64,000 bases of DNA, taken from positions 3,808,001 to 3,872,000 of the forward strand of contig CAXXLX010000001.1 in assembly GCA_963665235.2 (NCBI GenBank). Reading direction: 5' to 3'. The notes beneath the pieces are model-generated. The model worked only from the letters and a program-made list of their open reading frames with translations. It was not told where the DNA came from and searched no databases. Shown here in pieces: positions 20,815 to 30,405 of this stretch. Position numbers and translations under genes: made by a program. The stretch is from Candidatus Poribacteria bacterium (GTDB lineage: Bacteria; Poribacteria; WGA-4E; WGA-3G). Every line of letters starts with the position of its first letter. Within the stretch, counting starts at the first letter, position 1.

Positions 20815-21843
20815 TTATGCGGGGGAGGAAAATCCGCCTTTATAGTTGAAGTTCAAGCGTGTTAGCACTTGAAAATCTGTGCGTTTCACACCCGTTGTTA
20901 ATCGGTGTCCATCTAAACTATAGACAGAGAATAGGCCTTTAGCATTAACACCCGCCAGGCGTGTGAGTCCATATTTGTCGTGCTTTATCAATGTGTTTTT
21001 AACGAGGCCATCGCCTAATAAGGTGCCCCCATATCGCGGACGATTGCCACCTTTCTGCGGGTTTTGTCTGTGGAGTTCTCGCCTGCGTATCGGTATCGGT
21101 GAGATATAGAATATATCAGTATTGTCGGGTATCTCTAAACCGCCCACGGTGTGATATGCGAGGCACCAACTATCAACGCAATGTGCCTCAAAGGTTTCAG
21201 CTAACTTCTTTGACGACTTGTTGAGACCCAGACGCTCGCGTATCTCTTTGGTTTCAAACCCTTGTATCGTCAGGAGTTCCCATCGCTTTTCTACCTCTGA
21301 ATAGAACCAATGCTTGCCGACTTCCAAAGGACTAAAGGACTGATTCCACTGCTTTTGATACTGTTTTGTCTGCGCCTTAATATCCTCAACACAGACGTGT
21401 GTAACAGGATAGAGGTTAGACAACCAATCTAATATCCGAAGTTTCCAATCCCATCTCGCACGTGTGCCTGCGGGGATACGCTTCCGGTTCGACAGGTTGT
21501 GCTGTTTCTTTTTCCGATTCGGACATTTCCGTGTGCGTCTGCTTCTCCGCAACTTCCGACGCTTCTCGATTTTCTTTCCAACCTTGTTGTGCGCGTCTGC
21601 TTGCACATTCAGGTAGGTATGTGCCTCGCTCTTGACGGTAAAGCCTTCCTTCTTACTGCCAGGGTCTACGCCTACGCATATCTCTTGGAAGTATCTATCC
21701 GAAGGCTCGGCGTTAAGGCGCACACAAAAAACGCCATTCTTCCAAAAAGGTGTCGCTTTCTTGTCTTGTATCCACTTCCTTGCCCGCGAAGGCTTTGTTG
21801 GCATCAGTGGATTTTGGTTTTTGTCAACGACAGGAACAAACAT
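20815..21843 (-). CDS. isrB: IsrB RNA-guided nickase (PLMP/RRXRR plus split RuvC, no HNH), 342 aa
   Basis: NPLMPT, RuvC-I GVDPG, bridge helix RRKLRRSRR, RuvC-II VEDI, RuvC-III HCVDS. True start is ATG 21843 after GGAG. Confidence 0.88.
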   Translation of the reverse strand: MFVPVVDKNQNPLMPTKPSRARKWIQDKKATPFWKNGVFCVRLNAEPSDRYFQEICVGVDPGSKKEGFTVKSEAHTYLNVQADAHNKVGKKIEKRRKLRRSRRTRKCPNRKKKQHNLSNRKRIPAGTRARWDWKLRILDWLSNLYPVTHVCVEDIKAQTKQYQKQWNQSFSPLEVGKHWFYSEVEKRWELLTIQGFETKEIRERLGLNKSSKKLAETFEAHCVDSWCLAYHTVGGLEIPDNTDIFYISPIPIRRRELHRQNPQKGGNRPRYGGTLLGDGLVKNTLIKHDKYGLTRLAGVNAKGLFSVYSLDGHRLTTGVKRTDFQVLTRLNFNYKGGFSSPA

Positions 21844-22050
21844 AGTTTGTAATTCTCCGTAGAGTTTGTATTTCCCCATCCAGATCGGTATATCAGCGTT
21901 TACATCGGACTTGGGGAGCATCCGAAACACCGTTGTGTACCACCACAGATATACCGATATATTACTGTAGTGAAGATCTTAATCCTTGACAGGGAACGTG
22001 TGTGGCTACGCTTTGTCAAAGCACCCAAGCTTTAGCTGGGTGATCTTTAC
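21844..22050 (-). ncRNA. omegaRNA scaffold of element 2 (at most about 207 nt)
   Basis: 5' hairpin CACCCAGC-TAAA-GCTTGGGTG and core motifs conserved with 6701-6966. Confidence 0.78.
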
Positions 22051-22434
22051 TATAATAATGCCTACTATAGTTTGGACAATTCCTATGAGATAGATGCCCC
22101 ATTCGCAAAGCATTGCTGATTTTTCTCAAAGTTTCTCACACACATACAACTAGGAGAAAAATAAACTCCAATGTACGAAAACGCAGTCCCAGCGGGGCGG
22201 TATGTTTATAGAATTATGAAATTGCCATTCGCGTAGATTATTACGCGAATGGCAATTTAGGTAAGATTCTACATAGAGAGAAGCATGAAAGGAAATGCTT
22301 CTCTTTATTATACATCCCAATAGAATTATACTACATCTTCCGCTAAAAAGCAAATAAAATTTTATGCGGAAGCGTGCAAAATCTTTTTCGTAGTCGGCTT
22401 CAGCGGGGTTTCTGATGACATTCACCGATTATAT

Positions 22435-23193
22435 TCAGGAAAGTCCATCCCAATATTTCCACATATCTTCAGGCGTTTCAAACTTAATCTCATCCAGGTC
22501 CTTTCTGCGATACCTGCCGATGAGTGCAATTCTGACGTTACGTCCACAGTTCATGCCAGCAGTGTGTGTCATCTGATGGTGCCAGAAACAGACATCGCCT
22601 GCGCCGCCTGTGAACTCATAACTCGGCCCCAAATCAAACGGAGCAACGCCACCCGGAAGACTATCCAAATCGTGATGTCTGAAGTATTCTGCCCAGATAC
22701 GGTGGCTTCCAGGCCAGATGGTAAACCCGCCGCCCTGTTCTTCAACCGTGTCCAGATAAACAGTTGCACCGAGTGTAAATGAACCGACAACCCCTTTAGG
22801 CACACCGTTATGTGGCGTGTGGTAACCATCGAGGTGTCCGAGCGGTTCACGCCATTCTCTGTCAGGGTCGGGAAAATTGATATGCGGGCCCGCACCGCCC
22901 CCCGTATGTAGCTTTTCCTCACCCACCATCTCCTCAGCCATAGCGAAGACGTTGTTTCCATAGATTGTGCCCCGTATAACATCCTCACCGCCGATAGGCG
23001 CGGTTCGATATCCCTTCCGTATCCAGGATTCGGGGTCGTTTCTATCTTCGTCGATGGATTCCCAGACCCTATCAAGCGCGGCATCTATCGCTTCCTGCGT
23101 AAGCGCACCACGCACAATTAGATAACCGTTCTCTTTAAAAAATTCTTTATCTGCATCCGTTAAATATAGCATAGTTTTCCACTCCTTTGGCAA
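22435..23193 (-). CDS. PhyH family dioxygenase
   Basis: GHLDG, GGFTIWPGSH and MTHTA motifs. Confidence 0.88.
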   Translation of the reverse strand: MPKEWKTMLYLTDADKEFFKENGYLIVRGALTQEAIDAALDRVWESIDEDRNDPESWIRKGYRTAPIGGEDVIRGTIYGNNVFAMAEEMVGEEKLHTGGGAGPHINFPDPDREWREPLGHLDGYHTPHNGVPKGVVGSFTLGATVYLDTVEEQGGGFTIWPGSHRIWAEYFRHHDLDSLPGGVAPFDLGPSYEFTGGAGDVCFWHHQMTHTAGMNCGRNVRIALIGRYRRKDLDEIKFETPEDMWKYWDGLS

Positions 23194-24318
23194 TTAAGCA
23201 CTAACAACAAATCCGTTCTCTTCAACTGCTTTTTGATACGGGCCCTCGTCCAGACTCAATCCGAAACCGGGCAGGTTAGGAACATTCACGTAACCGTTGG
23301 AAATGGAATACGCTGAATCATCTACACCGGGCGTAGTGGCATGATCCCATTCAACAAACTCGAAACGTTCTACCTTCGCAGCGAGGTGCCCCGTAACAAA
23401 ATTACCGTAGTATCCCCCGTAATGATGTGGTGCCGTGCCGACGTTGACGGCATCCAATTCGGGGCCCAGTTCAAGCCAGCGAGAGAAACCGGGGTGAAAA
23501 ATATCGTATTGGACAATATCAATAAGACCGTTTTTTGCCCAGTTGATTAGGTGAGGGGATGCCCCCCCTTCACCATCAGCGATTTTAGTTTTAATTCCTT
23601 CAGCGTTCAGCCACTCCTTCAGGAGACTATAGACCCGTGCGTCTTCGTGGAAGGCTTCCTCCACCCAGTACACATTCGCATCGGCTGTTCCGCTCAATAC
23701 CTGCTTGGTAATGTTGAGATTGTAACCGTTGTTTGCATCTATTAGGATTGTAGCATCAGGTCCCACTGCGTCACGCACAGCATTTATAACATTAATATCA
23801 CGTTGCGTGCCTTTCTCAAGAGGCATGTGCATTGCCCCACGGCCCACCTTTATTTTGAAAGCGTTATGCCCGCGTGCTACCCCCTCAAGTGCCTCGGAGG
23901 CGATGAGCGCAGCAGCTTCCGCATTGTCATCGAGGTGTAGGTCGTCGATGTAAAGAGACGTATCGTAACACGGGGCTTTAAAGTCGGCATCTTCCCCGGC
24001 CAGCATTGCATAGACCGGTTTCTGTGCCAACTGTCCAACCAGATCCCAGAGTGGATATTCCATATATTGGAATTCCTCGGTTACGCCGTTTTCTTCATCA
24101 AACGCCTCGCTGAGTTGAAAACCGACAACGGTTTCCGCTCTATCACGTGAGAGCGACGAAAACCCGATACCGCTTACCCCATCAGCCGTTGTTATGCGTG
24201 CAATAGGGGGCCGTACATGTAACCCGTGTTCGCCAAGTCGCGAGTTGCACCCGGCTTTACGCGGACGTTCGCCTGTTAAACGTGCCCATTCAATTCGTTC
24301 TATCTTTACATTTTCCAA
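23194..24318 (-). CDS. Mandelate racemase / enolase superfamily enzyme
   Basis: FKIKVG, IDANNG, WVEEAF and ADGE motifs. Confidence 0.9.
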   Translation of the reverse strand: MENVKIERIEWARLTGERPRKAGCNSRLGEHGLHVRPPIARITTADGVSGIGFSSLSRDRAETVVGFQLSEAFDEENGVTEEFQYMEYPLWDLVGQLAQKPVYAMLAGEDADFKAPCYDTSLYIDDLHLDDNAEAAALIASEALEGVARGHNAFKIKVGRGAMHMPLEKGTQRDINVINAVRDAVGPDATILIDANNGYNLNITKQVLSGTADANVYWVEEAFHEDARVYSLLKEWLNAEGIKTKIADGEGGASPHLINWAKNGLIDIVQYDIFHPGFSRWLELGPELDAVNVGTAPHHYGGYYGNFVTGHLAAKVERFEFVEWDHATTPGVDDSAYSISNGYVNVPNLPGFGLSLDEGPYQKAVEENGFVVSA

Positions 24319-24333
24319 TATCTATCTCCTTAT

Positions 24334-24843
24334 CTACAATTGCGTTTGCAATAAGGCAATGCTTTTCGCATCCAATTTATTGTAATTCTCAATTTCGTAT
24401 CGGTTGCCATCAGCGTCCTTGATGAGAACTCGCCCATTTTCCAAAGTGACAATATCGTATCGGGTACGGATACCGAACTCTACATCGCCTTGGGTTGTTT
24501 CGACATTCCATGTCGTAACGCCGAATTGCCCCTCAAGCGAGTTGATTTTAGTAATTTTCGGCATAAAATACCGTTTTTGTAACTCCGCTGTAAGGACATC
24601 ACGAGATGCGGGGGCAAGTTTTTTCACATCCTCAACGATACCGAGCTCGTTTCCATCTTCATCCAACAAGGCAATGTACCGCATGGTCTCACTGATAGGA
24701 AAGCTGCGTACAGGTTGAACCTTTGTGTAGGTTGTTCCATCGGGCAGTCGCACAACAAGTTCTTCAAACGCATTCCGCGCGATGCTGAGCTCGTTCGCGT
24801 TGAGAAATTTTAATTCATCAGCGACCTGAATCGGTTCCTGCAT
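24334..24843 (-). CDS. DUF1854 family protein
   Basis: PVRSFPIS...RYFMPKI...WNVETTQG...DADGNRYEI; typical partner of the upstream ABC exporter. Confidence 0.85.
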   Translation of the reverse strand: MQEPIQVADELKFLNANELSIARNAFEELVVRLPDGTTYTKVQPVRSFPISETMRYIALLDEDGNELGIVEDVKKLAPASRDVLTAELQKRYFMPKITKINSLEGQFGVTTWNVETTQGDVEFGIRTRYDIVTLENGRVLIKDADGNRYEIENYNKLDAKSIALLQTQL

Positions 24844-24875
24844 TAGATGATCTCCTTCAACATCAGATTGGGACG

Positions 24876-27374
24876 TTACCATGCACGAATTTTAGATAAT
24901 TCGGTCTGTTTTTGACACAGATTGGCATAAGTGCCATCTTTAGCGATTAGCTCCTCATGTGTTCCAATTTCGTCAACCTCCCCCTCTTTTAAAACAACGA
25001 GGCGATTGGCATATTTTAGGGTTGATAATCTATGGGCAATTGCGAACACCGTTCTGCCTTGAACGAGCCGCTCTAACGCCTCTTGGATTTTAGACTCTGT
25101 TTCCGTATCTATAGAGGAGGTGGCCTCATCAAGGATTAGGATACGTGGGTTTTTCAAAATGGCGCGAGCGATAGAGATACGTTGTCGTTCGCCACCCGAA
25201 ACGCGTGCCCCGCGTTCTCCAACCATGGTGTCGTAACCGTCAGGGAATTTGATAATAAAATCGTGGGCATTCGCAGCCTTCGCAGCAGCGATAATCTCTA
25301 AACGAGATGCCCCCGGTTTCGAGTACCCGATATTGTCAGCGATTGTACCCTCAAATAAAAACGGATCTTGTAGCACAACACCGACCTGTTGACGTAGTGC
25401 CTTAATCCGAATATCGCGGCTGTCGTGCCCATCTATTACAATCGTTCCTTGATTCGGATCATAGAAACGGGTGATGAGATTGACCAGTGTACTTTTTCCC
25501 GCACCACTATGTCCTACCAATCCTATCATTTCACCAGGCTGCACATCAAAACTTACACCGTTTAGCGCATATTTTTCGTTATCGTAAGTGAAATAGACAT
25601 CCTTAAATTCAATTGACCCCCTGATATTTGCTAACGCAACAGCCTCCCGTTTATCTGCAATAGTCGGAGGTGTATCCAAAATTTCAAATACACGTTCAGC
25701 AGAGGTGCCAGCTCGGATAAACCGTTCATTCATCTGACAGAGGGTACGCACGGGACCGAAGAATTGCATCATGTAGGATTGAAACATCACTAAAGTGCCA
25801 AGGGTTAAATTGCCTTGGAAGATATGCCAACCGCCAACTAACCAGATTATAATAGAACCGGAATAGGTAATAAATTGCATCACCGGATAATAGAGCGTCC
25901 CAAGTTTTGCAGCGTTCATTTCACCAGAAAATACCTGATGGGTTAGGTCACTAAATCGGCTAATCTCATACCGTTCCCGTGCAAATGCTTTGACAACTCT
26001 CACGCCGGGGATAGTACTTGCAAGAATCGTGCTAATTTTAGAGTAACGTTTCCACAAAACTTGATAGACTTTGCTCATCTTTTTGCCGAAAAGGATTGTA
26101 AAAAAGATAAGACACGGAATCGGAATTAGCGTCCATAACGCAAGCTGCCAGCTGAAGAGGAACATGATAACGCACATATTGATGAGCGTAAGCGAATCCC
26201 CTACAATGTCCTGCAACCCGTTCGCGATGAAGTCTCTGAGTCTGGACACATCGTGCGTAATTCTGGACATCAAATTACCGGTGTCGCGTTCATGGAAAAA
26301 GTCGATGGAGAGCGTGTTTAGATGTTCGTAGGTTTCGTTTTGGAGCCGTCGGGTGATATTTTGACCTACCCAGGCCATCATATATCCCCGAACAGAGGAA
26401 AGTGACATGGAAAAGACCCGAATCCCTGCCATGAGTAAAATAATCCATATTAAATGTCCAAAACTTCCACCGAGTGGCATGCTACCGACCCACCCACCTA
26501 ACGTATTGGCTATACCTTGCAGTTGTCCCCAAGATGTTTGCGGCAGGGGTTGGCCATTAGAAACAGCAGTACCGACCGGATCGAGAATATTGTCGATTAA
26601 CTCTCTGCTTAAAATAGGGGGAAGCACAGAAATAAAACGGATTACCAGCATCATGAGGAAAGCAGGAATCATGACATGTAAAAATGGGACCGCATATTTG
26701 AACAAGCGGAAAATGAGTTTGCTTTTTTGAACACAATTGACACAGACCCCCGACCAGCTCGGAATAGGTTCACCACACTTTTCACACCGACTCTTATCTC
26801 CACCCCGTTGTAATCCGGGCGTATTTCCCCTGCCGGGCCCTCGTCTACCGCGTCGTCCGCCAGGTCCGGGGCCACGATGCCTGCGTTCTTCTCCTGCACC
26901 GGCCCCGTTTAACGAAGATAATTTTTCTAATTCTGATACAGTCAGGTTGAATTTTGGCGTTAGTTTTTTAGAATAACGTGCCAGCTCACAAGCATTTTCC
27001 GATGTTATAACCTTGAGGATGTTATTGCCGTACATCTCAAGGATTTCAATGTCTTCAATAGCATCCAGAGACACTTCCGTGAGGTTATGTCCGAGAACAC
27101 CGTTCTGATTAAAAGCGAGGAGCCGTTTATCCGTAATTAATAACCAATCTTTTCCGTAGGTGCCATCAAAGCGCAGATCGGTTGAAACGGAGACTTTGAT
27201 TTCCTCCCCTCTTTCGAGCCGTTCTTGTGCCTGTTTTTCGAGCCGTTCAGGCATTTCTTCCTTCGTTGTGAGCTCGATATTCCCCTTTTTTCGGAAACGC
27301 GGTTTACCGCCAAAAGAGCTCATCCCCATCCGGCGCGAGCCCCCGCGTCTCGAACCTGACATCGGACCGTGCAT
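24876..27374 (-). CDS. ABC exporter (TMD-NBD fusion) with long N-terminal extension
   Basis: GHSGAGKST, VSGGERQR and LDEATS motifs; N-terminal extra domain, RG/P-rich linker and CxxC...CxxC. Confidence 0.93.
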   Translation of the reverse strand: MHGPMSGSRRGGSRRMGMSSFGGKPRFRKKGNIELTTKEEMPERLEKQAQERLERGEEIKVSVSTDLRFDGTYGKDWLLITDKRLLAFNQNGVLGHNLTEVSLDAIEDIEILEMYGNNILKVITSENACELARYSKKLTPKFNLTVSELEKLSSLNGAGAGEERRHRGPGPGGRRGRRGPGRGNTPGLQRGGDKSRCEKCGEPIPSWSGVCVNCVQKSKLIFRLFKYAVPFLHVMIPAFLMMLVIRFISVLPPILSRELIDNILDPVGTAVSNGQPLPQTSWGQLQGIANTLGGWVGSMPLGGSFGHLIWIILLMAGIRVFSMSLSSVRGYMMAWVGQNITRRLQNETYEHLNTLSIDFFHERDTGNLMSRITHDVSRLRDFIANGLQDIVGDSLTLINMCVIMFLFSWQLALWTLIPIPCLIFFTILFGKKMSKVYQVLWKRYSKISTILASTIPGVRVVKAFARERYEISRFSDLTHQVFSGEMNAAKLGTLYYPVMQFITYSGSIIIWLVGGWHIFQGNLTLGTLVMFQSYMMQFFGPVRTLCQMNERFIRAGTSAERVFEILDTPPTIADKREAVALANIRGSIEFKDVYFTYDNEKYALNGVSFDVQPGEMIGLVGHSGAGKSTLVNLITRFYDPNQGTIVIDGHDSRDIRIKALRQQVGVVLQDPFLFEGTIADNIGYSKPGASRLEIIAAAKAANAHDFIIKFPDGYDTMVGERGARVSGGERQRISIARAILKNPRILILDEATSSIDTETESKIQEALERLVQGRTVFAIAHRLSTLKYANRLVVLKEGEVDEIGTHEELIAKDGTYANLCQKQTELSKIRAW

Positions 27375-27500
27375 AACTTAAACTCCCCAAAATTAAATTA
27401 CATTTTCTGTTTAACGAATTTTTTGAAAAAAGGTTGATAAAATTTTTACCAATCACGGAAAATCACGAAACCTAAACTACACCCCTTGACAATTAGGATT

Positions 27501-27977
27501 GGGTGTGTAAAATTTTTGTACTTAAACGTGAGTTTGAAAATAAATGTCCGTTTTCACTAATCTCTATAAATATATCGTCCCTACGGGACTAGGGGTTGTC
27601 GAAACATCTGCTTCTATAAATATATCGTCCCTACGGGACTAGGGGTTGTCGAAACATCTGCTATAAATATATCGTCCCTACGGGACTAGGGGTTGTCGAA
27701 ACATCTGCTTCTATAAATATATCGTCCCTACGGGACTAGGGGTTGTCGAAACATCTTCTTCTATAAATATATCATCCCTACGGGACTAGGGGTTGTCGAA
27801 ACATCTGCTTCTATAAATATATCGTCCCTACGGGACTAGGGGTTGTCGAAACATCTTCTATAAATATATCGTCCCTACGGGACTAGGGGTTGTCGAAACA
27901 TCTACTTCTATAAATGTTACACTTTGTGTCAAAAGTGTAACATTTACACCGGTTTTGTACAAAAACTTTACACACCC
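27501..27977. mobile_element. MITE family A, copy 2, carrying a 7-unit hairpin array
   Basis: Same TIRs as 18425-19002; perfect 9-bp TSD ATTAGGATT (27492-27500 and 27978-27986). Confidence 0.88.
27564..27915 (+). repeat. Tandem array of 7 x 47-50 bp REP-like units
   Basis: Unit CTATAAATATATCGTCCCTACGGGACTAGGGGTTGTCGAAACATCTGCTT with a GTCCC/GGGAC hairpin. Related units at about 19300-19378, 22185-22212 (minus) and 35789-35865. Confidence 0.95.
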
Positions 27978-28044
27978 ATTAGGATTTTATATGGTATATT
28001 AGCTTTAAGGTGTATTGCTCCGTAGAAAAAAACAGGAGGAAAAG

Positions 28045-29668
28045 ATGCGAAGTTTTGGTACCCGAGGTCGTGTGCGTCCTGAGCGGCATTATGTTGTTCC
28101 CCGGACGGCGGAAATCGCTGATTTCATTCGGCGCGTCAAAGAGGGGAGGTATATTGTGCTTTTCGCTCCACGCCAGACCGGCAAAACCACCTTTTTCCGA
28201 TTAGCACTCTCCGCACTCACCGCAGAAGATGCAACCTATTTGCCGATACAGTTGGATTTTCAATCGATGCGTAACTTCTCACCTGACATGTTTTATGAGC
28301 AGCTCACCGATAAGATTCGCTGGCAAATTGAAAACGTTTTTGAAAAACGCGGGGGCACACCTTCCGAGGCATTAGCGCAGTTTTTGGAAAACATAACGCT
28401 AACCGATAATTTTTCGATGATGATTTTTTTTGAAGACCTCATAGGTTTGTTGGACAGCGATGCACACGGGGGGGTATCTGCTTTCAAGCGGGTTGTGCTG
28501 CTAATTGACGAGTTTGATGGCATTCCTCGGACCGTCATAAGTGATTTTCTATACGCGTTCCGCTCTATTTACCTCTCTGATAATACGCGCTGTCCACACA
28601 GCATTGGACTTGTGGGAGTCAAGGACATCATGCAACTTGGTTACGACCCATCTGTTTCACCGTTCAATATCCAGGACGAGTTCAAGTTGCCGAACTTCAC
28701 CGTTGAACAGGTGGATGCGCTGTTTTCACAGTATACCGATGAAGTTGGGCAGGCACTCGCTCCGGAAGTCATTCATATCCTCCATAAACAGACTGCTGGG
28801 CAACCCTTCCTAGTCAATCGAATAGCACAAATACTCACAGAAGAATTGGACATCCCGAAAACGGAAAAACTGACAGTAGAACACTTCGCAAAAGCACACC
28901 GGAGACTCCTACGGGAACAGAACACCAATATAGACCATTTGAGAACCAATGTCCACAGAGATAGACGTTTTGAAAAAATACTGATGCGTATCACCTCTTA
29001 CGACAGAGGTTTGCGGTTCAACCCGGAGGATGCGCTCATGAATGAGTTGGTCACTTATGGTGTCATCGCAGAAGGCGCGGATGGTATGTGTGAAATCGTC
29101 AATCCGATTTATCAGCATCGCATTCTACAGATGTTCAAACCAACCTTTAACGGGCTTGAGGACACTTACTTCCCCGAGTCCCCCGAGGTAGATTTTATTG
29201 ATTACCTCACACCGGATGGTCAGTTAGAAATACGGGGCTACTTGATAACTTTATAACTTTAAGGATTTTATCGCCCGTGCGGGTTTTCGTATTCTGCAAG
29301 TCCCTGATACACCCCAAGAATATGTCGGTCAAAATCTGCTCTACGCGTATCTCGATCACTTTGTGCACGTCGTTGGGGCGGATATGTTTCTTGAGGTGCA
29401 AACCGGACGCGGCAGAATCGACCTGCTTATCCTCCACAAAGAGAAAAAATACATCATTGAAACAAAGATATGGGGCGGGGATAGGTATTATCAAGCAGGT
29501 AAAAAGCAGCTCGCTGCGTATCTTAAATTAGAGAATGCAACGGAAGGATATTATGTCGTCTTCGACCATCGAAACAAACCAGAGCCGCGTGTGGAAATAG
29601 AGACGATTGACGGTATGTCGATTCGGAGTTATGTCATACCTGTTGTGCAGGAACAACCCTCATCATAA
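28045..29668 (+). pseudogene. AAA-like ATPase with C-terminal PD-(D/E)XK nuclease, frameshifted near 29235-29260
   Basis: APRQTGKTT and LLIDEFD motifs; C-terminal GRIDLLI...IETKIW in another frame; duplicated ATAACTTT at the break. Confidence 0.8.
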
Positions 29669-29693
29669 GCGTCAATTTAGGGATACCTGATTT

Positions 29694-30296
29694 TCAATTC
29701 ATATCCGATACCGCCTTGAATACAGCATTGAACGCGCCAAAGAGCGTCGGTAAATTCGATAGGGCAAAGTCTGTTCTGTTTCGGGTGAAGGTATCACCGA
29801 TAAGCTGTCCAAATTGCCAAAATGTTCCATCAGTGACAATCCCGTATACCGGAAAATCGGCCTCGTCATTTATTTTTTGGGCAGCGATTAACTCCGCTAG
29901 ACATTGTCCCCATCCCTGCTCAAAATCGTTTTTCTTTGCTTCAACGAGCAGTATCAAAGGGCTCCCGACAACCGTCTTGCCTAATTCGGAGCGGGTGGCG
30001 ATAAAATAATCTGGCGTTCCGCTTAGGATATTATCGTAAGTGAGGGTTTGCTTTATCCAGAGCGCGTATTGCGCGGCGTAAGCCTTATAGTTTTCCTTCA
30101 AAACTGGAAAGATAATTGCCTCACAACGGGCCGCTTCGGATGCGAATACATTGATATGCTCCCGGGTAAATTCAAAATCGCGCAGGAATTCTGCCGAGGG
30201 GTTTGATGGTTCGACTTTCACAAAGTCCGCTTCGGCATATCTGATTCTGAATTTTTCTTGAACTTCAGAGATGGTTTTGAAATCACTAAATGCCAC
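29694..30296 (-). CDS. Hypothetical protein, restriction-endonuclease-like (PD-(D/E)XK) fold
   Basis: GTPDYF...VEAKK...GWGQCLAEL...YGIVTDG motif; GTG start after GAGGAG. Confidence 0.78.
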   Translation of the reverse strand: MAFSDFKTISEVQEKFRIRYAEADFVKVEPSNPSAEFLRDFEFTREHINVFASEAARCEAIIFPVLKENYKAYAAQYALWIKQTLTYDNILSGTPDYFIATRSELGKTVVGSPLILLVEAKKNDFEQGWGQCLAELIAAQKINDEADFPVYGIVTDGTFWQFGQLIGDTFTRNRTDFALSNLPTLFGAFNAVFKAVSDMN

Positions 30297-30405
30297 GGTT
30301 TTACTCCTCTTCTGTACCAGATGTCCTTGCAAATTAACGAACGGAATATCTATCAATTATTATACCTTGTCTTGGCGATTGATGCCAATGTTTTATAGCC
30401 TTTCC

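Larger units (their letters stand above)
20785..22050 (-). mobile_element. IS200/IS605-family OMEGA element 2 (omegaRNA plus intact isrB), no tnpA
   Basis: 5' end GTAAAGATCACCCAGCTAAAGCTTGGGTGCTTTG; 3' hairpin followed by GAAGATTTTG and then ATGA. Confidence 0.88.

Noticed and set aside
20815-21930. Cas9/IscB call, and the 371-aa ORF start
   Set aside because: There is no HNH between RuvC-II and RuvC-III, so it is IsrB. The extra 29 N-terminal codons lie in the omegaRNA, and the paralogue also starts at MFVPV.
19455-22144. Composite transposon carrying HNH-WYL plus isrB between inverted ~78-bp repeats
   Set aside because: The terminus-like CTATAG ends face inward and no flanking TSD was found; more likely two independent copies of a dispersed repeat.
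22150-22425. 91-aa ORF
   Set aside because: Overlaps a REP and a degenerate repeat, has no RBS, and has non-protein-like composition.
27564-27915. CRISPR array
   Set aside because: The intervening sequences are essentially identical rather than unique spacers, there are no cas genes, and the array is bounded by TIRs and a TSD.
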